Below are positions 42,295 to 49,744 of a stretch of DNA of 64,000 bases, one piece after another (position 1 is the first letter of the stretch; each line of letters starts with the position of its first letter). The stretch spans positions 1-64,000 of the forward strand of contig CAWIIV010000008.1 of the NCBI GenBank assembly GCA_963836205.1, in the 5' to 3' direction. The notes under the pieces are model-generated. The model had not been told where the DNA came from. It saw only the letters and a program-made list of their open reading frames with translations, and did not search any database. This DNA is from an uncultured Acidimicrobiia bacterium. GTDB lineage: Bacteria > Actinomycetota > Acidimicrobiia > Acidimicrobiales > AC-14. The position numbers and the translations under genes are program-made.

Positions 42295-42969
42295 CTACCC
42301 CACCGGATGGTTGTAGGCCGAGCTCATCCGGTCGAGGTCGGGCAGGGTCAAGCCGTTGAAGGTGCAACGCCCGGGGGAGAATCCCGGGAACATCGCCGAC
42401 CCCGGGTTGGTGAGGTTGTCGTCGAGCCCGAGGGCGCTGACGAACCCGAACACCACCAGGGTGAACTTGTCGCCGGTGCACAGCGGGTCGACGACGCTCG
42501 GCCGGAACATGGTCACCGCGTTGGTGATGTGCTCGTTGAAGTCGACGTTGATCCCCGTGAACCCGGGATCACCCGGGCTCGAGTCGGGATCGAGTGCCTC
42601 GCTCTTGCAGAGCACGAGGAACTGGGGCGGTCCCAGGGCGCACGGGTTGCCTGCCGCGAAGTTGATGTTCTGGTAGTAGAGCATCACCGGGTAGTTGCCG
42701 TTGTAGCCGTTGTGGAGGTCGTTCATCACCCGCGAGAGAACCTGGATCCACTGGCTCAGGGCGGGATCGTTGGTGTTGTCGATCACCGCAACCGACCGGT
42801 AGTAGGGGTTGGCGGGCGCGACCGAGAGGTACGGGTTGGGCCCAAAGTGGGCCGGGAAGAACGTCGAGTCGAACACGTCCGCCCGGGCCGGCGAAGGGAC
42901 CACCGCCGGCATCGCCATCGCCACCGCCATCAGAACGACACTGCCAATTCGCTTCCGTCGCCGTTCCAC
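42295..42969 (-). CDS. Secreted protein with a degenerate matrixin-like C-terminus
   Basis: Signal peptide; VVFGFVSALGLDD...GSAMFP...DLDRMSSAY. Confidence 0.65.
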   Translation of the reverse strand: MERRRKRIGSVVLMAVAMAMPAVVPSPARADVFDSTFFPAHFGPNPYLSVAPANPYYRSVAVIDNTNDPALSQWIQVLSRVMNDLHNGYNGNYPVMLYYQNINFAAGNPCALGPPQFLVLCKSEALDPDSSPGDPGFTGINVDFNEHITNAVTMFRPSVVDPLCTGDKFTLVVFGFVSALGLDDNLTNPGSAMFPGFSPGRCTFNGLTLPDLDRMSSAYNHPVG

Positions 42970-43093
42970 GTTCGCCGTCCTCTCGTGGTTGCCTTGCCCA
43001 CAGGATACGCGTCGGACTGGTGTGTCGTCCGTCGTCGACCGCCCTTCCCGAAGGCCACGTGGGTCCAGGCGGGCGATCGGATCTGCCGTCGGG

Positions 43094-43861
43094 TCAGCCG
43101 ATCGGCTTGACGGCCAGCCCGCCGTAGAAGGCGACCGGGGGATCGAGAGGACTCTCCCTGCCGCCCCACCGGGCCACCGGAACGATGCCCTCGGGCGTCG
43201 GTCGCCACCGGCCGAGCAGCCCGGCGAAGGATGACGGCTCGCGCATGTGGAACGCCGGACCCATCATGGCCAGCGCCTCCGGGTAGCTCGCCAGCAGATC
43301 GGTGTCGAAGTCGAACGCGAGGTAGCTCCCGGTCGGCACGGCGTCGTACAGGTCGTCGAAGGTGCGGGCCAGTCGCTCGTCGTCGAGGAAGGCGGCCAAC
43401 CCGAGAAACACCAGGCCCACCGGATCACGGCCCCATCCAGGGAGGGAATCGGCCAGAACCGCAGGGTCGATTGAGCCGATGTTGGCGGCGTCGCCGTACG
43501 CGTAGACAGCCCTGGTCGACCCGGAGAGGATTTGGCGGCCAAGCGCGATGTTGGCCGGATCGATGTCGGTGTAGAGCACCCGGGCCCCCGGGGCAACCTC
43601 GTGGACGTTGCCCTGCGTGGGAATGCCCGCGCCGAACACGAGGAACTCCCCGATGCCGAGGCTCTGGAGCTGCGTGACGGTGCGCCGGAGGAATGCCCGC
43701 AACGCGCGGAACTCGTGCGCGCACGGACCGAAGGCAGCTTCGAAGGCGTGGGCCGCGGCGACGTCGACCCGGTAATGGTGCTCGCCACCGAGCCAGTAGT
43801 CGATCATCCGGGCGGTGCTCGGCATGTCGGGCGTTTCGATTCCACCATCGGTTGCCGCCAT
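43094..43861 (-). CDS. Actinobacterial SAM-dependent methyltransferase (Methyltransf_19-like)
   Basis: PSTARMIDYWLGGEHHYRVD, RAFLRR, GAGIPTQGNVHEVA, RVLYTDIDP. Confidence 0.85.
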   Translation of the reverse strand: MAATDGGIETPDMPSTARMIDYWLGGEHHYRVDVAAAHAFEAAFGPCAHEFRALRAFLRRTVTQLQSLGIGEFLVFGAGIPTQGNVHEVAPGARVLYTDIDPANIALGRQILSGSTRAVYAYGDAANIGSIDPAVLADSLPGWGRDPVGLVFLGLAAFLDDERLARTFDDLYDAVPTGSYLAFDFDTDLLASYPEALAMMGPAFHMREPSSFAGLLGRWRPTPEGIVPVARWGGRESPLDPPVAFYGGLAVKPIG

Positions 43862-44039
43862 GAACCTCACTCCGTGCGCGGGGGTCGACTCCACCGATCT
43901 TCCCCGATCGGACCTCGGTCCACGCCGCGTTCGCCCAGCCCGCATCGGGGGGCGGATTGCCAGTTTGCCCTGCGGGACGTCTCGAACGATCACGACACCG
44001 CTCACGGCTCGCAGCTCCATGAACGCTGTGTCCTGAGTG

Positions 44040-44390
44040 AGAAACACCAGGTCACGTCGGACCCGCCAGGCGGGCTGGAGCGCGAGTCCGCCAATCCCCC
44101 TTGCCCCGACAGGATGACGAGCTCGACCTCGTGGCCGGTCGAGCCGAACGGGATCTTCTCGTCGAGCAGGAGCCTCAAGAGGGCGCGCTCACCGCCGGTG
44201 GGAGATGGGCGGCGAAGGCGAGGGCGCTGAGAACTTGCTCCCGCGAGAGAACTGGTACGCTTACACCGTCCGTGGTCTCACCAGGGGCGATGCGGCCATA
44301 ACGGTGGCGACGTCGACGCTCGTGGCGGTGATGCAGGTCTTGCCGGACCGGATCGCGGGACCATCGTGATGCCCGGGAGGATCTCCATCA
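44040..44390 (-). pseudogene. Degraded DUF433 antitoxin plus DUF5615 (PIN-like) toxin pair
   Basis: MEILPGIT...PAIRSGKTCITATSVDVATV...REQVLSALAFAAH, then LRLLLDEKIP...GHEVELV, with several frameshifts. Confidence 0.68.
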
Positions 44391-44430
44391 TGGTTGGCGA
44401 CCCGGTGTTGATCCCCGTACCTCTGCCGTG
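44391..44430 (-). repeat. Distal copy of the tRNA-Val 3' half (att-like), ending in ACCA
   Basis: Minus strand CACGGCAGAGGTACGGGGATCAACACCGGGTCGCCAACCA; about 36/41 identical to 46819-46859. Confidence 0.85.
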
Positions 44431-44588
44431 AGGACTCAAGTTCGAGCCAGACGCCCTTGTCAATGTCGAAGCGTGTCCGCAGGTGAGAGCGTGTGCGGCA
44501 GTCGTCGGTCGTCAGGCACCGGCACCGGTGAGGCACCAGGGAAGGCACCAGAGTCAGGGCGAGAGCGACGTACGGTGGCCGAGTGTCC

Positions 44589-45292
44589 GTGCTCGACCCC
44601 CGGCAACAGCTGGCCATCGATTCAGAGGCGAGGATGGCCGTTGGCTTCATCCAGCAGGGTGTACTCGCCCTGGGGGACCTCGACGGTGGAAACAACTTCC
44701 GTCAGTTGCCGATGCAGCCGTTGTCGATCGGCTGGAGCGGTTCTTCAAGCTGACGATCGCTCTGGCTGAACTCGAACAACTCGGAGCATTGCCGACCAGC
44801 ATGAAGACGTTCGGACACAACCTCTCCCGGCTGCCTCCTCGCCTCGTAGAACTCGCCAGGAAGTCGGCCACCTACGTCGCCCGACCCGCCTGCGCCGCCG
44901 ATCTGGACTTCCTCTCCACCGACGCCGACCTGGCCTCGTTGCTCCGCACCCTCTCCACCTATGCGCAGCAGGGCCGCTACCACCACCTGGAGACGGTCCT
45001 GGGTCAGGCCGTCGCCCCCGACCCCGACGACGAGTGGCGTCAGATCGAGATGAGGTACCTCGACGGGCTGCCCCACTGGAAGGCGAAGATGGCGACACCA
45101 GAGTTCGCCGGGTTCTACGCCGAGATGGCCGGTTGCCTCACCACAACCGTCCAGCGCTGTGCACGAGCCCTCAGCCGGATGTGGACGCTGGACCCCCTGG
45201 GCCAACCCGGCCGTCGTTACACCGGTGTCGTCCGGCCGTTCCTCTTCCTCATGGATGCGGACCTTGGGACCCCTTCACGGCGTCGGTCGTAG
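44589..45292 (+). CDS. Hypothetical protein with HEPN-like features (frameshift near 44730)
   Basis: VLDPRQQLAIDSEARMA...LPMQPLSIG joins LERFFKLTI...FGHNLSRL...GRYHHL after a 1-nt shift. Confidence 0.55.
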
Positions 45293-45495
45293 CCCCAGGC
45301 GTGGGGCGACTCAGCCGCCGTACGAGTGGCCGCCGGGGTCCTCGAAGGACAACTGGTAAAGAGACTCCGCCCGCCACGTCGTCCATGGCGAGGACCGAGC
45401 GGTAGATAGATCCGGCAGCCCTGCCAGGCACCCGCCGGGCGCCCTGTCAGGACAAGAGTTTCCGCTGGTGGGACGCCCGTTCAGGCCCGGGGACT

Positions 45496-45544
45496 GGGGT
45501 GGGCGACCGGGGTGTTCTTCCCCGCACATCTGCCGTGTGAAGGC
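45496..45544 (-). repeat. Proximal copy of the tRNA-Val 3' part (att-like)
   Basis: 45/49 identical to 46818-46866. Confidence 0.92.
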
Positions 45545-45755
45545 TTCCCGAGGCACCCCTGCCACCTGCGCAAAGGCCCTTCTACCTGCGGTGTTGTGGT
45601 CCAACGGTACCCACCCGCATCCCACGTTTACCCTCGAGATGTTGTCCAGATGTTGTCCCGGACCAGACCGACCCCGCCGTGGTAGGGCTGGTGCGCCGCC
45701 CGCCCGGTGTCCCGCTCGGCGTAACGGGCGTGGCGGCCCCTGAGAGGCCGGACCC

Positions 45756-46397
45756 TCAGACGCAGCAGGTGTCGTCCAGCGCATCCGCACGCCAGGTCCT
45801 CACGGCTTCCGTGCTGGCAAGCGCAGCGATGAGGAGTCCCGCTGTCGGGTCGGCCCACCACCATCCCAGAGTGGCGTTGAGGCCGAGGCCACCTAACAAC
45901 ACCGCCGAGAGGATTGCGCACAGGCGGGTCTGGTTAGCCTCGGATGCCGCTGCCTGCGAACCGAGGACAGGAGCAAGGCGGCGCTTAGCACGAGCCAGGA
46001 CCGGCATGACCAAGAGTGACACCGCAGCGAGCACGATCCCGACGACGGTGGCCTCGGGTTGGTGGCGACCGATCAGGTCACGCACGCTCTCGACACCCAC
46101 GTAGGCGGCGAGAACAGCGAATGACACAGCGATCAGGCGGGTGGCCCGTCGGTCGAAGTCAGCCGTACAGCCAGCTTGATTCTCCTTGGCCAATCGCCAC
46201 ATCAGGATCACGGCCGCCGACACCTCTATGCCCGAGTCCAGTCCAAAGCCGACAAGGCTCACGGACCCGGCGAAGATGCCGGCAACGACGGCGATCACGC
46301 CCTCCGCCACGTTCCAGCCAATTGTCACACGGTTGAGCAATCGAGATCGCCGAACTGCGGCCGACCGGACCTTGGGATCCTGGAGTCGGATGGTCAC
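45756..46397 (-). CDS. Cation diffusion facilitator-like (Co/Zn/Cd efflux) membrane protein
   Basis: TIGWNVAEG, GSVSLVGFGLDSGIE, MPVLARAKRR, GWWWADP, C-terminal CC. Confidence 0.85.
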   Translation of the reverse strand: MTIRLQDPKVRSAAVRRSRLLNRVTIGWNVAEGVIAVVAGIFAGSVSLVGFGLDSGIEVSAAVILMWRLAKENQAGCTADFDRRATRLIAVSFAVLAAYVGVESVRDLIGRHQPEATVVGIVLAAVSLLVMPVLARAKRRLAPVLGSQAAASEANQTRLCAILSAVLLGGLGLNATLGWWWADPTAGLLIAALASTEAVRTWRADALDDTCCV

Positions 46398-46821
46398 AGA
46401 CGGAACGTACCGCCCCACGATCCCAAGGGCGCCCAACCCCCCGCCGGTGGCGCTTGCGAGCCGCCTTGGTCCGAGCCGTCGGGCGCGTAATGGCCGATGG
46501 CTGCCGGGGCGTGGTGGATGCCAAAGCGATTGATGACGCACGCAGGATAAAGTTTGCCAATCGAGACGAAACCTGGGGACGCATGATGGAGAGCGGCCCC
46601 CTCTGCCCGGCTTCCGTCATCCGGGACATTTCGCTCTTCGGCTTGGCGGGCGAGCTTTGCCCTACTGCGCTACAGCAGCACCCACGGTACCAACGCAGCC
46701 GCCAATGCAAGCCGGCCACAAGCACTCTTTCCTCTATATACGTTGTCCCGGCGTTGTCCCGGCCAACTTCCGACCGAGCGAATTCAGCGCCCGCAGGTGC
46801 CGCGGCCTGCGGTTTTAGGGG

Positions 46822-46893
46822 TGGGCGACCGGGGTGTTGATCCCCGTACTTCTGCCGTGTGAAGGCAGCGCTCTACCGTTGAGCTAGTCGCCC
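46822..46893 (-). tRNA. tRNA-Val (anticodon CAC) with an atypical T-loop
   Basis: GGGCGAC TA GCTC AACGGTA GAGC G CTGCC TTCACAC GGCAG AAGTA CGGGG ATCAACA CCCCG GTCGCCC A; all four stems pair perfectly. Confidence 0.85.
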
Positions 46894-47576
46894 GTGAAGG
46901 AGGCCTGGGGCTCCTTCGACCACGATAACGCAGGCTCGGCGGCCCGCAGCGGGGCTCGGAGGGTGGCGGTGAGGCCGGCCGGGCGGCGAGCAGGGTTGAT
47001 CACCATGCGCACGCCGGTGACGACCATCCCTCGATGCCACCCGGCCAGGCCGAACAGGCCGTCGGAGTCGGGCGCGGTGATCTCGACCCGGGCGGGGCGG
47101 GCGTGGCCCCGCATGCGACCCCCGACCACGACCAGCCCGTCGGCCCGCCGTTGGAGCGATCGCACCGGCGCCACCATGGGCACCGACGGTCCCGACGGGA
47201 CGCCCCTCACCACGACGTCGCGGTCCTCCCAGGCCAGCGTCCGCTCGTCGGCGTCGGCCAGCCAGCGCAGCGTGCCCAGTTCCTTGGGCAGGCCCCAGTT
47301 GAGGCGTCCCCCCCGCCTGGACTCGGGCGAGTCGACGACCATGAGCGTCACGCACAGCCCGATGCGGGCGCCCACCCGGGCCGGCTGAGCCACCGAGAGC
47401 TCGAGATAGGGACCGACGGGCGACTCGGTGAAGCGGGCCGCGGCCACCACCAGGGGGCCGGGCACCGGATGCAACCCGACCGGCAGCGGGGGCCGGAACG
47501 ACGGGCGCCGGACCAGGGCCACCACGCACTCGCCCGCCAGGTCCCAAGGTGCTGCCGGCGGTGTCGTGGACCCCAC
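46884..47576 (-). CDS. Acetoacetate decarboxylase family protein
   Basis: PPAAPWDLAG, SPVGPYLEL, VDSPESRRGGRLNWGLPKE. Confidence 0.82.
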   Translation of the reverse strand: MGSTTPPAAPWDLAGECVVALVRRPSFRPPLPVGLHPVPGPLVVAAARFTESPVGPYLELSVAQPARVGARIGLCVTLMVVDSPESRRGGRLNWGLPKELGTLRWLADADERTLAWEDRDVVVRGVPSGPSVPMVAPVRSLQRRADGLVVVGGRMRGHARPARVEITAPDSDGLFGLAGWHRGMVVTGVRMVINPARRPAGLTATLRAPLRAAEPALSWSKEPQASFTGD

Positions 47577-47643
47577 TCCGCCACGCTAACCGGGCGCCGC
47601 CCGTGTCCGACCCCGCCCGGCGAATGTGGTGGAATCGACGCCC

Positions 47644-48819
47644 GTGCGGATCGCAATCATCGCGCCCCCGTGGGCACCCATCCCGCCCCGCCTGTACGGC
47701 GGTATCGAACAGGCAGTCGACGCCGAGGCCCGGGGCGTGGCGGCGGCCGGGCACGAGGTCCTCCTCTTCACCACCGGCGACTCGACCTGCCCCGTGCCCC
47801 GCCGGTGGCTGCTGCCGGAGGCGGAGGGCGAGCGCATGGGCGTCGCCGTTCCTGAGGTCCGCCACGTGCTCGCCGCCTACCAGGCGGTGGAGGGCTTCGA
47901 CGTCGTCCACGACCACACCATCGTCGGGCCGGCGATGGCCGCCCGGTGGGGCCCGGCGTCGGGCCTGCCCCCGGTCGTCAGCACCATCCACGGGCCCCTC
48001 GACGGTGAGCTGGCCGACGTCTACAGGCGTATCGGCGACACCGTCGGGCTCATCGCCATCTCCCACGCCCAGGTCAAGCCCGCGCCCGACGTCACCATCG
48101 CCCGGGTCATCCACCACGGCGTCACCGCGAGTGAGTTCCCGTGGGGCGACGGCAGCGGCGACTACTTCCTCTTCCTGGGCCGGCTGGCAGCCGACAAGGG
48201 CGCCCACCGGGCCATCGCCGCGGCCGAGAAGGCCGGCGTCACCCTCATCCTGGCCGGCAAGGTGCGGGAGAAGGCGGAGAAGGAGTACTTCGAGCAGGAG
48301 GTCGCCCCCCACCTGAGCGACACCATCCGGTTCGTGGGCGAGGTTCCCCACGACGAGAAGCTGCGCCTGCTGGCCGGGGCCCGGGCCACCCTGTTTCCTA
48401 TCCGGTGGAACGAGCCGTTCGGGCTGGTGATGATCGAGTCGCTGGCCTGCGGCACGCCGGTGCTGGCCTACCCCGAGGGGGCGGCGCCGGAGGTGATCGT
48501 CGACGGCACCACCGGGTTCATGGTCGACGGCGAGGCGGAGATGGCGGATGCGATCGCAAGCGTGGGCGAGATCGACCGCCACGCCTGCCGGGCGGCGGTG
48601 GAGGACTACTTCTCGGTCGACCGGATGGTGCGGGAGCACGTCGAGCTGTTCGAGAACGTGGTGGCGGGCCGGGTTGCCCAAGCGCCCGGAGATCAGGCGC
48701 CCGGAAATCAGGCGCACGGAAATCAGATGAGCGGCAACGGCAGCTCGGGCGGTTCGGGTGGCCTCGGTGGCGTCGGCGGCCCGTCCGAGGGCAGCGGCGG
48801 CTCCACCCTCCAGTCCTGA
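47644..48819 (+). CDS. Glycosyltransferase family 4
   Basis: RIAIIAPPW...YGGIE, FLGRLAADKG, EPFGLVMIESLACGTPV. Confidence 0.92.
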   Translation: MRIAIIAPPWAPIPPRLYGGIEQAVDAEARGVAAAGHEVLLFTTGDSTCPVPRRWLLPEAEGERMGVAVPEVRHVLAAYQAVEGFDVVHDHTIVGPAMAARWGPASGLPPVVSTIHGPLDGELADVYRRIGDTVGLIAISHAQVKPAPDVTIARVIHHGVTASEFPWGDGSGDYFLFLGRLAADKGAHRAIAAAEKAGVTLILAGKVREKAEKEYFEQEVAPHLSDTIRFVGEVPHDEKLRLLAGARATLFPIRWNEPFGLVMIESLACGTPVLAYPEGAAPEVIVDGTTGFMVDGEAEMADAIASVGEIDRHACRAAVEDYFSVDRMVREHVELFENVVAGRVAQAPGDQAPGNQAHGNQMSGNGSSGGSGGLGGVGGPSEGSGGSTLQS

Positions 48820-49682
48820 CGGGCGACGATCCCCTCCTTGTAGAGCCTGGCCCCGATGCGGGTGCGCAGTTCCCTCGCCACGCGCACCCGGTTGCCGGTG
48901 CTGGTCTTGACCTCCACCCGCACCGTCACCCCCTCGGTGCCCATCGCCTCCACGCCCAGCACCTGGGGCTTCTCCAGCAGGATCTCGGCCCAGGCCTCGT
49001 CGGTGGCCAGTCGGTCGACCTCGTCGGTGATGGCGGTGATGGCCCGGGCCAGGTCGGCGCCCTTGGGGACGACGATGTCGACCACCGCCCGGGCCCAGTC
49101 CTTGGCCGCGTTGCCCACCATGCGGATCTCGCCGTTGGGGACGAACCACACGGTGCCGTCGTTGGCCCGGATCGACGTGACCCGCAGGTTCACCTCCTCC
49201 ACGTGGCCGGTCACCGCGCCGACGGTGATGAGGTCGCCCACGCCGTACTGGTCCTCGGCCAGGATGAAGAACCCCGACACGAAGTCCTTCACCAGGCTCT
49301 GGGCCCCGAAGGCCAGGGCGAGGCCGACGATGCCCGCGCCGGCGAGGAGGGGGCCGAGGTTGAGCCCCACTTCGCCCGCGATGAGCAGGATGGCGACGGT
49401 CCAGATGGCCACCCGCAGGGTGCTGGCGGCCACGCCCGCGAGGGTGGTGGCCCGCTGCTCGGCTCGGGCCGACTTCTCGGCGACGGGCGTGGTCCGCCCC
49501 AGGCCGGTCACGACCCGAACCGCCAGCTTGGCGCCGAAGCGGCTGAGGATGATCGCGGCCACGAGGATGAAGGCGACCCTGAACGGTCCCTCGATCAGGG
49601 ACTCGACGGTGCTGGCCGCAGACCCCTCCAGGCCCAGCTTGTGCAGGGCCTTGCAGACCAGGTCGCGGGTCTGGCAGTCCAT
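48723..49682 (-). CDS. Small-conductance mechanosensitive channel (MscS family)
   Basis: LAGAGIVGLALAFGAQSLVKDFVSGFFIL, EDQYGVGD, GHVEEVNLRVT, VPNGEI. Confidence 0.93.
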   Translation of the reverse strand: MDCQTRDLVCKALHKLGLEGSAASTVESLIEGPFRVAFILVAAIILSRFGAKLAVRVVTGLGRTTPVAEKSARAEQRATTLAGVAASTLRVAIWTVAILLIAGEVGLNLGPLLAGAGIVGLALAFGAQSLVKDFVSGFFILAEDQYGVGDLITVGAVTGHVEEVNLRVTSIRANDGTVWFVPNGEIRMVGNAAKDWARAVVDIVVPKGADLARAITAITDEVDRLATDEAWAEILLEKPQVLGVEAMGTEGVTVRVEVKTSTGNRVRVARELRTRIGARLYKEGIVARQDWRVEPPLPSDGPPTPPRPPEPPELPLPLI

Positions 49683-49744
49683 CCGCCGCCAGCCTCTCAC
49701 GACGCGGATGAGCGTTCGGTGAAGTGTTCGACTAAAGAAAGAGG

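Larger units (their letters stand above)
45496..46866. mobile_element. Integrase-less mini integrative element at the tRNA-Val 3' end carrying a cation transporter
   Basis: Flanked by 49-bp direct repeats of the tRNA 3' part; tandem 11-bp GTTGTCC-containing repeats near both ends (45637-45658, 46741-46762); weaker GC3 bias. Confidence 0.7.

Noticed and set aside
43060-43090. A fourth tRNA-Val 3' copy (GGGCGATCGGATCTGCCGT)
   Set aside because: The match is too short and would need a large internal deletion; may be chance
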